DNA of 64,000 bases from Eledone cirrhosa. Taxonomy: Eukaryota. Every line of letters starts with the position of its first letter. The first letter of the stretch is position 1. The DNA lies in assembly GCA_964016885.1 (NCBI GenBank), contig OZ024754.1, positions 27,652,001 through 27,716,000 of the forward strand, read 5' to 3'. This document shows, piece by piece, positions 1-11,317 of the stretch. Both the position numbers and the translations under genes were made by a program. A model generated the notes under the pieces. That model made no database searches and was not told the DNA's origin. It worked only from the letters and a program-made list of their open reading frames with translations.

Positions 1-383
1 TAACAACAGTAACTAAAAATGTCAAACTAGGATTATATTGTCCAGTTGTCAAACGACAGACCAAGCGTTCACCATCACATACAAACGTCAGATTGAAGCA
101 TTCGCCATCACCAACAAACGTCAGACGACACCTTCTCCACTATCACTGACGAGAACATGATAGCTACATTAGAGTTAAAAAGTAAGAGAGTAGAGGAGAG
201 GAGACATTACTTCTGCATGAAACACTGCTAAGAGCTAAGAATCCAAATGTCGATAAAGTGTTATTTATCAGTAAAGGACAATGAGATCGCGATAGTCAGT
301 AAACAATATCTGAATACGGCAACCATTTTACTTCTACTTGGAAACACTATGCAAGTGTTCGTTTTATATGCGTATTTTTTAGC

Positions 384-423
<40 letters not shown>

Positions 424-531
424 CATGCACACACATATATATATATATTTATGGATATATTTCTTAAACACACATTCGCCCACACATATACATAGACGCA
501 TATTTTTATACGCTGGCTTAAACACACGCAC

Positions 532-623
<92 letters not shown>

Positions 624-1206
624 CTGTCTGTCTATGTCTGTGAAATATATTTACTTGCGTATTGAATGGATTTAAGTGATGTGTACTTTTTTTTTATTTA
701 AATGTGCCAAGTTAACTTAGAAGATTTAAACGTGGTCATTTACAAAGAGCGCTCACAATAAATACAGATTTACATAAATGTTAACGTACAAGGACAATAG
801 GCAGCAATTCTGGGAATGATTTGATGGTTGGTGGGGATTGTGCAGTGTTTGTCTTTGTCCAATATTACCGTGTCAATTCATAAATTATATATGTAACATT
901 CATTCATATAGTTATTCAGAATTGTGTATGGAGTTTGTTCGAATAATTATCGGGCATAAATTTTGTATGTATTGAAACATTGTATATGTGAAGATAGACA
1001 GTGTAACAATGGACTATGAATAAATTATTATATGTACAAATTGTTGAAAATGAGTTAAAGTGGAGATGCCAACTCAATTGTGGTCAATTATATTAAAAGA
1101 CTTGACAAACAACCAAGGTTTTTGGTAAAACTTGTTAAAGGTTAGATGTGTGTGTATGTGTGTGAGAACGGGTGTGGATGTGCAACACTGGCCCTCCGCA
1201 TGCACA

Positions 1207-1238
<32 letters not shown>

Positions 1239-1277
1239 ATATATATATATATAATGTATATATATGTGTACATACAT

Positions 1278-1364
<87 letters not shown>

Positions 1365-1556
1365 CATATATATATATATGTATGTATGTATATATGTATA
1401 ATACATGCATGTATACATATATAATATATGTATATATAGATATATGTATATGTATATATAATACATGCATGTATACATATATAATATATGTATATATAAA
1501 TATATATATGTATATATCTATATAATGTATATATATATGTGTGAAACCAGGATTTT

Positions 1557-1614
1557 TTCATTCTGAGGATTGAAAGCAAAACCTTTTGCTTTTAAGAAAC
1601 CACTGGTAAATGGA
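1557..1614 (+). ncRNA. Type I hammerhead ribozyme motif in a ~110-bp island between (TA)n tracts
   Basis: ttcatt-CTGAGGA-[ttgaaagcaaaa cc ttttgcttttaa stem II]-GAAA-cca c tgg-TA-aatgga; stem I ttcatt/aatgga pairs, stem III A-CCA/TGG-T, GUA cleavage triplet. Confidence 0.8.
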
Positions 1615-1666
1615 ATAATTGCCTTATGTTGTTTATTACATAATAATAATAATGTATATATATATA

Positions 1667-1722
<56 letters not shown>

Positions 1723-1754
1723 ATGCATGTACACATATATATACATTATATATA

Positions 1755-1822
<68 letters not shown>

Positions 1823-2111
1823 AAACAAAATGAAAACGAAATTTCATTTCTCACTCTTAGTATGGCACTTACTTAAATGTAAGTATGCATGTATACGTAC
1901 ATACATATATGTATACAGACGTACAGTAGCATGCACATATATATATATATATACATATGCATACAGGTACACATACATATATGCACGTATCAGTTTAGCG
2001 GCGCTTATTATAACGTCGCTTTGTTCGTTTGTAAACAAACTGAACAGCCTGAATTTATGCCATACGGTGTTAAGGCAACCACGTCAACTTTTTGTTCAAC
2101 ACTGACACAGG

Positions 2112-2156
2112 AACGATGTACTAGTTTCAAGCTTGTTAGCTATCATCAGCACCGTT
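2112..2156 (-). ncRNA. Minimal type I hammerhead ribozyme (family A)
   Basis: Reverse complement reads aacggtg-CTGATGA-t agc taacaa gct t-GAAA-ctag-TA-catcgtt; palindromic stem III ACTAGT, GUA triplet. Confidence 0.8.
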
Positions 2157-2529
2157 TACCCATCTGCCAGATAGTTGAACGTTCGAAAGTATATACTTTC
2201 CTTATGAAAATTAACGGCTGAGCAGCGCTAAACTGATACGTGCATATATGTATGTGTACCTGTATGCATATGTATATATATATATATATGTGCATGCTAC
2301 TGTACGTCTGTATACATATATGTATGTACGTATACATGCATACTTACATTTAAGTAAGTGCCATACTAAGAGTGAGAAATGAAATTTCGTTTTCATTTTG
2401 TTTCAATTTATCGTTTTCGGTATGCCTGACCGATTTAACTCACTCAATATGCAAATTAGGCTGCTCAGCCGTTAATTTTCATAAGGAAAGTATATACTTT
2501 CGAACGTTCAACTATCTGGCAGATGGGTA

Positions 2530-2574
2530 AACGGTGCTGATGATAGCTAACAAGCTTGAAACTAGTACATCGTT
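2530..2574 (+). ncRNA. Minimal type I hammerhead ribozyme (family A)
   Basis: aacggtg-CTGATGA-tagctaacaagctt-GAAA-ctag-TA-catcgtt; 7-bp stem I with one G-U. Confidence 0.8.
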
Positions 2575-3734
2575 CCTGTGTCAGTGTTGAACAAAAAGGT
2601 GACGTGGTTGCCTTAACACCGTATGGCATAAATTCAGGCTGTTCAGTTTGTTTACAAACGAACAAAGCGACGTTATAATAAGCGCCGCTAAACTGATACG
2701 TGCATATATGTATGTGTACCTGTATGCATATGTATATATATCTGTTAGAACACGAAAAGTGTGAAACAACAGAATGTTCACTTTTCGTGTTCTAACATAT
2801 ATGCCTAGCTTATCTAAAAAATTTTCGGGGATAGCCGTGGTGGTGATCGTATGTCATTGGCTAATTTTCAACCAATCAGAGTACCTCTCTCTATATCTCT
2901 TCCACTGTTACTTACGCCTGTTTCTCTCTATCTGTTCCGTCTCTATTTATATCTCTTACTCTTTCGCTTTGCACTCCTCCCCTTCAATACCATCTCTCCC
3001 CCTCTCTATATATTTGTTACTCTGTCGCTGCACGCTCCTCTCCTTCAATATATCAATTACACACGCTTTACACTCCTTTATCCCCAGCGCCCCTATATAT
3101 ACACCCCCCCTCTCCCGCATCTATATTTTAATGTACCGTTGCACCGTGAATATATGTGTCTATATATATATATATACATATATATTGTATATACACATTC
3201 ATGTATGTGTATACACACTCATGTATGTATATACACTGGTTTTATGTGTGTATTGTAAATTTGTACTGTTAAAACACGAAACTAACATTCGATTGACACT
3301 TTGATTACCTGTACAGGCAATAGTTATTAGAATGCTGTTGAAGTGTGTATATATTTTTGGGGGACATCCTGTATATACACACATTATATATAATACAATA
3401 AACAGATAAATACACACATATATATATGAGCTTATTTAATTATAAATATTGTGAATTTTTAACTCAGTTCAATTATATATATAAATGGCTTCTACAGGAC
3501 TAGAACTGTTTCATTCGAAAGAAATCATCATAATATTGAGAGGGGGGACTAGATAAAATATTTCAAATCAAATGTGTATAAGTTATAAGTTAAAATGTAT
3601 AAATAGAGACGATAGTGGAGGTATATCTGTTTAGTGGAACAGTAGACGATAGAATTAAATACAGACGATAATCTCCCTTTAATGAAACAGCAGACGATAG
3701 AATTAAGGCAATTTAAATTTTAAGCATTTGCATT

Positions 3735-3786
3735 TTTGCCTTTCATCGTTACGGGGTCGATAAAATAAAGTACCAGTAATACACTG
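3735..3786 (+). mobile_element. SINE fragment (Nin/Deu-like central domain)
   Basis: ttgcctttcatcgttacggggtcgataaaataaagtaccagtaat matches the full copy at 29345-29534. Confidence 0.75.
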
Positions 3787-4161
3787 TCACTAGACGACTT
3801 TCAAATTGAATTGTTGGTTCCATTTCTTTAGTATTTTCAATTGTAGTTATCTACTTAAAAAGCGTTACACGGTTAGAGACATAATTCGTAAGTTATATCT
3901 TCCCTATTAAACCATTGCATTATTTCGCCTACAATAGAACAAAAATGAAATGTTCTTTAAAGAAACAGGAATATAACTTTATAAAAAAAAAAGTTGCATC
4001 CGCTTCTTTTATCATTGATAATTTTTTCGTTTTAATATTAATTGTTTTTTGTAGTTGTTTATATTAAAAATCTTACTGTAATATTTACTTAAACGAAGGC
4101 AAACATCTAAACTTATAGATTAATCTTGAGCGAAGGACTAGATAAATCTCTCTCTCTCTCC

Positions 4162-4253
<92 letters not shown>

Positions 4254-4506
4254 GAAGAATGATAAAATTTCAAGCAAAGAGTTTAATTAGGTATATTTTG
4301 TAATATTATTAACTAATTATTATAATTAACGCTTCAGGCTTTGTCTATATACTGAAACAAATTTGTAAGTCATTACCTAATTAAACTCTTTGCTTGAAAA
4401 TTTTATCACTCTTCGTTTTGAATTTCTCCTAAGTATTCAATGCTCTGTTGAGAAATACATTTTACATAAACAGTCTTTGTACCATTTATACGGTATTAAT
4501 TACTTA

Positions 4507-4579
<73 letters not shown>

Positions 4580-4642
4580 CGTATGAACCGCCAAGTAGCG
4601 AGGTATCACTGTATATATGTTTAAATATATAGTGTAGCTGTG

Positions 4643-7600
4643 ATGTATCTCGCGAGTGAATCGAGACCTGTCACTGATTTTGGTGTCCCCACTGCCGATG
4701 TGAATGAGCAACGCTGCACTTGTGAATTGGGTCTTGATGTTGCAGGCAGTTCATATACTTACAATGATGCGGTCCCACAAGCTTGTTCACATTCCTGTGC
4801 TAATAATCTAGATGGGCATATTAAATTGGATGTGAAAGCAGCTTACCGGATGCGGAATCGGGAGAAGTTGAGACAAAAACAGGCCAAGTATAGATGTTCA
4901 AAACGGTATGAGTTGGCAAACAAGCAGGCCAAGTATAGATCTGCAAATTCAGCTATTATATCTCAAAAGCAAGCCGAGCGTAGAGCTTCTAAACGTACCG
5001 AGTTGGCTAAAGAGCAGACCAAGTACAGATCTGCAAATCAAGACAAAGTATTACAAACAAAGGCTATGTATAAAATTCACCATAAAGATAATATACAGTC
5101 TTATGAGAAAACATATTATAAAAAAAAGTTTCTTCATAAGCGGTCTTTGTATCAAATGAAGAAACTAAATAAAATGGTTGACTTCCGGATGCAGCATCAG
5201 ATCTTGATGTCCCAATTTGTTAAGTCATATAAAAAGACAATAACAGATACCAATCTTCGCAACGACGCATATAGTCACGTGCTGAGTGTGTTCTCCAGAT
5301 CTGTTGGGATGCGAAATTTTGTGTGTGCTCAATTAAAAATAAATGTTAAAGCTGTGCATACATTGATGGAAAAGATCAATGCTAACGGTTTGTTGCATTA
5401 TTGGGGAAATCAACATTATCACAGTTCCACCAATGAGCTTCCTAATTTTGACAAGAGCACTGCAAAGTACATGAAAATGGATGAGTTTAAAAATCAGTCC
5501 GTTGAGAAAGTCCGAATAGTCGTTATCAATAATAAGGAGACAGACAACATTGTGAATGACATGGCTAATGCTGACGAGCAGAATGATGATAATGATGTGT
5601 CTAAATGTTTGGTTAGACCTTGCGGGTCTTCCATATTAGATACATGTCCAAATGACTCAGCTACTCGTCTAACTTTGTGCCAAAGAATTGATGATAAACT
5701 TCCAAAACTCAATCCCGATATGACAGTTGCTGAAATAAGGCAGTTGATCGAGAAATATGAGTTTTGCAATGTTACTCATGATAATGATCAGCACTGCATC
5801 GGTCAAACTGGCTGCACCAGTGAATTTGGCTTTTTAAAATCCATAGCAGTTCACTCGCCAAAGTTGCGCACATTGCTGAGGAAAATTTATAAAGTTCGGT
5901 CCTTATGTATTTGGCTCAACAAGTACAATGAAGCTGTTTTCAATGGCGATTGGACCAACTTTGAGAATTTGACAGACGTTGCCAACATTGAGCGTGCTAT
6001 TGCAGTTAAATTCAATAATATGTGCACTGGTTTCAATGATGTCGAACACACTGATGCAGATGTCATTCATAAATATGGTAATCAAGTTCAAAGATTTCAA
6101 TCTGAAATTACCAACTATAAAATCCAACATTGTCATATCTGCAAACTGCGCAAATATAGCAAGGAACTAAAAGTTTGGGATAATTGGAACTCTAGATATT
6201 TTAAAACGGCCGTTGCAAAGGATGCAATAACTGCCAACTACTCTTTGCCTTGCACAGTCTGCACAACATGCACTACACATTTGCGAAACAGTGGGGTGCC
6301 TTCAATGGCCTCAATAAATGGCTTGGGCGTTGCTGCCGTTCCCAAAGAACTTGCTGATCTTAATACATATGAGCGAATACTTGTACAACGGGCCAAATGT
6401 TTCGTCAATGTAATAAAACTGGTGCCATACTCATTCAAAGGCAATATTTCAGCATGCATTTCCGCTATTAAAGGAATTGCAATTCACTTGCCTTTGCCTA
6501 TGGACGGAACTATTAACCGCACCATGGATACGTTACCTGCGCTTCAAGACGACATGCTTAAAATAGTCGTTGATAGCTTGCCTTCGCGGAAACAAATTAT
6601 CTGGCGTTCAATGGTAGACATGAGTAAAGTATTGAAGGCACTTGATTGGCTTGCAGCAAACAATGTAATGTATGCCGATGTTAAGATCAATCGCTACGCC
6701 GATACGGAAAATGAAAACATTGTCGAGTGCTCGGGAGTTAATAATGCCAAATTCGATAATCTTTTACTTAAATCGAATGCTGGCATTACCTATGAGCATC
6801 ACACTATTAAAGACATGAATCCGTGTCTCCCTGCAGACACTGACTTGGCTTTGTACAAAATGAAAAGAGTGGAAGGCGATTTCATTGCAGACAATAATAA
6901 AAAACTTGAGTTGTTGTGCTTTCCTTGTCTTTATCCAACTGGTCAGTTTGGCATTTTCGTGGACAATAGACCGTTTGGCGCTGTAAAGCCATACATGTTC
7001 ATAAGAAACAGACTGAATCATAGCGACTCTAGATTTCGGCGAGATATACAATATCTCATGTTTTGTCTTGATAAAGCCGACAAGAGAGGCATTGATTCTG
7101 GTATATATGCCATCATGAAGACCACCAAAAACAGCCGCATGACTATAAGCGAGTTTAGAAGGCGGCTTCATGAAAATGACAGGCACCTAGAGGGCAATTT
7201 AAATATGATGATGGCCAATGTCCGTGGTTCCAAGCAGTTTTGGTCTAGAAAATGTTCAGACTTGATGGCTATGGACGAGAAATTTGGCCCGGCCCACTTG
7301 TTCTTAACTTTGTCTTGTGCAGAGTACTTTTGGCCTGATCTGAGAGAGTTCCTGGAAAAGTTGAATGCTGACATACCAGACATTTCTAGAAAACGCACCA
7401 ATGAGTTGTGCGCGGATGACGTGGTGGCTGTTAGCGAACATTTTCACCATCGGTTCACCACCTTTATGAAAGAAGTTGTTAAACATACCAATTCTCCGTT
7501 TGGTATTGTCGAGCACTTTTTTTGGAGGTTGGAATACCAAATGAGAGGTGCTCCGCATGTTCATATGAAATTATGGATTAAAGATGGCCCTATTATGGAC

Positions 7601-10600
7601 AGAGACGACAAGTATGCTATTCAGACGTTTATACAGTCCATGATCACATGTCGCATGCCGTCCAATGTAGAAAGCCCCGTTTTGTCAGACTTGGTGTTGC
7701 GTTTTCAACGACATGTGTGTAGTGGATCCTGCAAAAGGCAAATATTTTCGAGTGGTCGTTTTTACACTCGATGCAGGTTTGGATTTCCTCGTCCTATCGG
7801 GAATTTCAATTTGCTTAGCGTCAACGAGTGCATAAAATCTCGACACAAAGGTAGAGCTGTCAAAAAGTTGTACAAGCTTGACAGACGACAAGGGGAAGAG
7901 TGCATCAATGACTACAATCCTGTTGTTCTGTATGTCTGGAAAGCTAATGTCGATATCCAATACATCGGTGAAGATAGCATGATTCTAAACCGATATGTTA
8001 CTAGTTATCAGACAAAGTCCGAAAAGACTGAAACTGAAGGTATTTGGGCTGAGATTGACAAGTCCAAGTCCATTTACTCCAGATACAAGAGTGTCGGACT
8101 TAAGCTGATGGGCAAGCGTGATACAGGTGCCTATGAGGCTGCAGACAAATTGCTTGGCCACCATTTTTATGGATGCTCTGAAAGCCTCATTTGGATTGGG
8201 GCCGATTTGCCTAGTTACCGATCCCACAGGTTCAGGCCTCAGTATGAACTGGATAAATTGAAACCGTATTCTACCGATCTTTATTACGAGAATATGGTCG
8301 AAAATTGGTATCCAAACAGGCCTGATTCGATGGAGCACATGTGTTTGTATGAACTTGCGAGTAAATACGAACATGTGAATCCAATTGGTAACAGCAATTT
8401 TGATGACGACTTCAGGTTGAGAAATAATCTTGGCTATTTCAAATCTGTGAAAGAGCGGATTGTGAAGTCGCCAAACATTAGATTGACTGCAGATACCTGT
8501 GAGCGCTATCACCACAACCTGCTTATACTCTTTAAACCTTGGCGAGACGAGGAAAAAGACTTGCTGGGAGGTTGTGAGACTTATAAAGAGTCTTTTGAAC
8601 AGTGTGCAAACCATTTATCTGAAATGGTCAGGTTCCAGAATGTGCGCAAACGTTTGGAGAATGCGCTGGAACAAGCCAAACATATTCAAAACGAACCTCA
8701 GTCTCATGATAATGATGACCATTCTTGCGGTGATCACATGGAGGCGTTGGCAGTTGATGATGCTAATGTCGATTTGCCTTGCATGAGAGATGTCAATGAG
8801 GATGCACTGAGGCATAAAGAAAATAAACTGAATGAAGTGCAAAGAAAAATTTATGACGATATCGTTGCCGGTATTGACAAACAAGACAAACATTGGGACA
8901 ACAGCAAACCTTATCCGAGATGTAGTTGCGATGATTGTCCACAAGTCTTGAAATTTGTTTCAGGTGTTGGTGGCACGGGCAAGAGTTTTTTGATAAATGT
9001 ACTGGCTGATAAAATTCAGTACATGTATCCAAATGACAATGGCCCGAGCGTAGTGATATCGGCACCCACAGGAATGGCTGCTTTCCAACTCAACGGCATG
9101 ACTGTTCATCGAATGCTAAAGCTCAAAGTGCAGCACGGTAAAACTCCCGTGTACGATGATCTACCAAAGGACTTTTTGAAAATGCTGAGGATGGGGCTTC
9201 AATATGTCCGACTGATCATAATCGATGAGATTAGCATGGTCAGTCATTTGCAGTTGGCATTCATTCACTTGAGATTGTGCCAATTGTTTTGTGACTTTGC
9301 CCAAGGCATTTCTCCTTTCGGGCGAATGAACATTGTTGTTTTTGGAGATTTGCTTCAATTACCGCCTGTTAGAGAAAAGCCGGTGTTTAACAAAGTTACT
9401 CACCAAGATGCACAAAGATCATGCATAGGCGTCAGCAGCCACCATTTGTGGAGGTACTTCAAGTACGACGAGTTGACAGTCAACATGCGTCAGAAAGAAG
9501 ACTTGGATAATTATGTTGACATGCTCGGCCGAATAAGGCTGGGTTCACCACTTGATTCAGATATTGAAATTCTAAATAAGCATAGAATTGATCTCAACGG
9601 TAAAGCTTCCATTGATCAGGTTGCTTACAAAATGTGTGAGCTGATACAGACTTCTAATTTGAGTATCGTCTGTATCATGCCTCTAAACGAGTCAGTAGAA
9701 AAGTTTAACGCTGCAATGCTCAATAAACTTGGCATTAATACCGTTGAACTTATGGCTATTGATTCGAATATGAGGCAAACCAAATGTCAAAAGAAAACAA
9801 AAAGAAAAAAGCTGACCACTAAAAAGACTTCTGATACTGCTGGCCTTGAAACTGTTCTTAAAGTTGGCGTTAATGCTCGAGTTATGCTTAAACGCAACAT
9901 CGATCTTGAGAAAGGCTTGTGCAATGGTGCAATGGGAACTGTAAAGCAACTCAATTATGAGTTTGGAAAAATTACTTCCATTGACGTTCTCTTTGAGAGT
10001 ACAAACCAAATTGTTGCCATCAAACGTGTCAAAGCCGATTACGAATTGTCTCCTAGTGTTTTTATCACTAGAGAACAATATCCCTTGTGCATTGCATATG
10101 CAATTTCCATCCACAAATCACAGGGAATAAGTGTCGATGGAGTCGTTGTTGATTTGGGCACTGGCGTTTTTGCAGACGGTATGGCCTATGTAGCCTTGTC
10201 TAGAGCCCGCAAACTGTGCAATGTTTACTTGATTGATCTTGATCCAACGAGTTTGATCATGTGCGACTCTAGTGCTTGGAGAGAATACAATTATTTGAGA
10301 GAGACCATTAATATGGGACCGCTTCCATTGTGTAACGTGAGGCCCAACAGTATTGGACAGGCCAAAAAAGCAACTAAAAAAAGTAAATTTGCTATTAATA
10401 TTGACAGTGGAATGGTCAACTTGGCGAATCCAAAAAAGGCCAGAACTGAGAAAACGGTTGCAAAGCCGTACATTTCGCTGATCAATGAGAGAAATGCTTG
10501 CTTTGTAAACAGCACCATGCAAGTTATACGCCAGCTGGTGTTGTTGGTTGAACACATTCAGTCCACTGATGATGTTGCTATTCGTGAAATTAGCGATATT

Positions 10601-11317
10601 ATATCGTCATCTGGAACTAAATCGGTCGCAAATTTGAGAAATATTCTCGGTGGCAGGTTTAATAATGGTACCCAACAGTGTGCGCACGATTTTTGGAAGC
10701 ACATTTATCAGTTGTTCTCTAAAAAAATTAAACAACTATTCACCTTTGAGGAAAATACTTGGCTCAGCTGCACTAGAAAACACGAGCACAATTGCCCCAG
10801 ATTGCACAATGATGAATGTTATTGTGCATCGATCAACGGCTGTGGCACTTGTACACATATAACTGATGTCAAGTCTGATCTGACGTTGCAGCCTGTTAAT
10901 GGTCGGCAGCAATTCAAAAGCTTGCTCAAAACTGATGTTTCGCTCATTAAGAGATGCGATCTGTGTGGCATTGACACCGAGCACTTTGGTACAGTTAACC
11001 ATGTATTTCCAAACACAATGCGTTACTTGGTTGTTTATTTGAATAGATTCGAATATACAAACAATCAGATGATCAGAATTGATTCTGAGTTGATGAATTT
11101 CTCTCCGAACAAGCAGAGCATTTACGGCCAAAAATTCCGACTAATCGGCTCCGTCTTGCATTCACTGGCTAGTGCAGACTCCGGGCACTACACCAGCATC
11201 GTCCGCAATCAGGACAGATGGGACATTATTAACGATGCCGTTTTTTCCAAGCAGTATATAGGTTTCCCGTCGAAACTGCTTAACAACTACCTGTTGTTTT
11301 TAGAAAAGTTGAATTGA
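4643..11317 (+). CDS. Helitron (Helentron/Helitron2-type) Rep-helicase with C-terminal USP/peptidase C19-like domain
   Basis: Uninterrupted ORF (in-frame TAA at 4622, ATG 4643). Rep motifs HLFLTLSCAE (~7295), EYQMRGAPHVH HUH (~7532), YVTSYQTK (~7994); PIF1 motifs GVGGTGKS (~8963), IIIDEISMV, GDLLQLPPV, AYAISIHKSQG, YVALSRAR; upstream CxxC..CxxC and VPKELADLNTYERILV region; C-terminal LINERNACFVNSTMQ, QQCAHDF, LVVYLNRFEY, LHSLASADSGHY, WDIIND. Confidence 0.95.
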   Translation: MYLASESRPVTDFGVPTADVNEQRCTCELGLDVAGSSYTYNDAVPQACSHSCANNLDGHIKLDVKAAYRMRNREKLRQKQAKYRCSKRYELANKQAKYRSANSAIISQKQAERRASKRTELAKEQTKYRSANQDKVLQTKAMYKIHHKDNIQSYEKTYYKKKFLHKRSLYQMKKLNKMVDFRMQHQILMSQFVKSYKKTITDTNLRNDAYSHVLSVFSRSVGMRNFVCAQLKINVKAVHTLMEKINANGLLHYWGNQHYHSSTNELPNFDKSTAKYMKMDEFKNQSVEKVRIVVINNKETDNIVNDMANADEQNDDNDVSKCLVRPCGSSILDTCPNDSATRLTLCQRIDDKLPKLNPDMTVAEIRQLIEKYEFCNVTHDNDQHCIGQTGCTSEFGFLKSIAVHSPKLRTLLRKIYKVRSLCIWLNKYNEAVFNGDWTNFENLTDVANIERAIAVKFNNMCTGFNDVEHTDADVIHKYGNQVQRFQSEITNYKIQHCHICKLRKYSKELKVWDNWNSRYFKTAVAKDAITANYSLPCTVCTTCTTHLRNSGVPSMASINGLGVAAVPKELADLNTYERILVQRAKCFVNVIKLVPYSFKGNISACISAIKGIAIHLPLPMDGTINRTMDTLPALQDDMLKIVVDSLPSRKQIIWRSMVDMSKVLKALDWLAANNVMYADVKINRYADTENENIVECSGVNNAKFDNLLLKSNAGITYEHHTIKDMNPCLPADTDLALYKMKRVEGDFIADNNKKLELLCFPCLYPTGQFGIFVDNRPFGAVKPYMFIRNRLNHSDSRFRRDIQYLMFCLDKADKRGIDSGIYAIMKTTKNSRMTISEFRRRLHENDRHLEGNLNMMMANVRGSKQFWSRKCSDLMAMDEKFGPAHLFLTLSCAEYFWPDLREFLEKLNADIPDISRKRTNELCADDVVAVSEHFHHRFTTFMKEVVKHTNSPFGIVEHFFWRLEYQMRGAPHVHMKLWIKDGPIMDRDDKYAIQTFIQSMITCRMPSNVESPVLSDLVLRFQRHVCSGSCKRQIFSSGRFYTRCRFGFPRPIGNFNLLSVNECIKSRHKGRAVKKLYKLDRRQGEECINDYNPVVLYVWKANVDIQYIGEDSMILNRYVTSYQTKSEKTETEGIWAEIDKSKSIYSRYKSVGLKLMGKRDTGAYEAADKLLGHHFYGCSESLIWIGADLPSYRSHRFRPQYELDKLKPYSTDLYYENMVENWYPNRPDSMEHMCLYELASKYEHVNPIGNSNFDDDFRLRNNLGYFKSVKERIVKSPNIRLTADTCERYHHNLLILFKPWRDEEKDLLGGCETYKESFEQCANHLSEMVRFQNVRKRLENALEQAKHIQNEPQSHDNDDHSCGDHMEALAVDDANVDLPCMRDVNEDALRHKENKLNEVQRKIYDDIVAGIDKQDKHWDNSKPYPRCSCDDCPQVLKFVSGVGGTGKSFLINVLADKIQYMYPNDNGPSVVISAPTGMAAFQLNGMTVHRMLKLKVQHGKTPVYDDLPKDFLKMLRMGLQYVRLIIIDEISMVSHLQLAFIHLRLCQLFCDFAQGISPFGRMNIVVFGDLLQLPPVREKPVFNKVTHQDAQRSCIGVSSHHLWRYFKYDELTVNMRQKEDLDNYVDMLGRIRLGSPLDSDIEILNKHRIDLNGKASIDQVAYKMCELIQTSNLSIVCIMPLNESVEKFNAAMLNKLGINTVELMAIDSNMRQTKCQKKTKRKKLTTKKTSDTAGLETVLKVGVNARVMLKRNIDLEKGLCNGAMGTVKQLNYEFGKITSIDVLFESTNQIVAIKRVKADYELSPSVFITREQYPLCIAYAISIHKSQGISVDGVVVDLGTGVFADGMAYVALSRARKLCNVYLIDLDPTSLIMCDSSAWREYNYLRETINMGPLPLCNVRPNSIGQAKKATKKSKFAINIDSGMVNLANPKKARTEKTVAKPYISLINERNACFVNSTMQVIRQLVLLVEHIQSTDDVAIREISDIISSSGTKSVANLRNILGGRFNNGTQQCAHDFWKHIYQLFSKKIKQLFTFEENTWLSCTRKHEHNCPRLHNDECYCASINGCGTCTHITDVKSDLTLQPVNGRQQFKSLLKTDVSLIKRCDLCGIDTEHFGTVNHVFPNTMRYLVVYLNRFEYTNNQMIRIDSELMNFSPNKQSIYGQKFRLIGSVLHSLASADSGHYTSIVRNQDRWDIINDAVFSKQYIGFPSKLLNNYLLFLEKLN
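4865..5134 (+). repeat. Coding 45-bp (15-aa) tandem repeat in the Helitron N-terminus
   Basis: KLRQKQAKYRCSKRY / ELANKQAKYRSANSA / IISQKQAERRASKRT / ELAKEQTKYRSANQD / KVLQTKAMYKIHHKD / NIQSYEKTYYKKKFL. Confidence 0.75.

Larger units (their letters stand above)
1820..2740. mobile_element. HHR-containing ~460-bp non-coding repeat (family A), forward partial copy followed by an inverted 1.1-mer
   Basis: 1820-2226 is repeated in reverse complement at 2226-2406 and 2460-2740; cgctaaactg recurs at 2226 and 2686 (period 460); other copies at 27361-27956, ~57028-57600 and a fragment at 15682-15745. Confidence 0.85.

Noticed and set aside
140-163. ctatca-CTGACGA-gaaca-tgatag, HHR-like
   Set aside because: No stem II or stem III; at best a deleted remnant
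247-1876. Numerous 60-170 aa ORFs rich in YI/IY/CV/HT here and throughout the window
   Set aside because: Translations of (TA)n, (TG)n and (CA)n microsatellites; no coding signal
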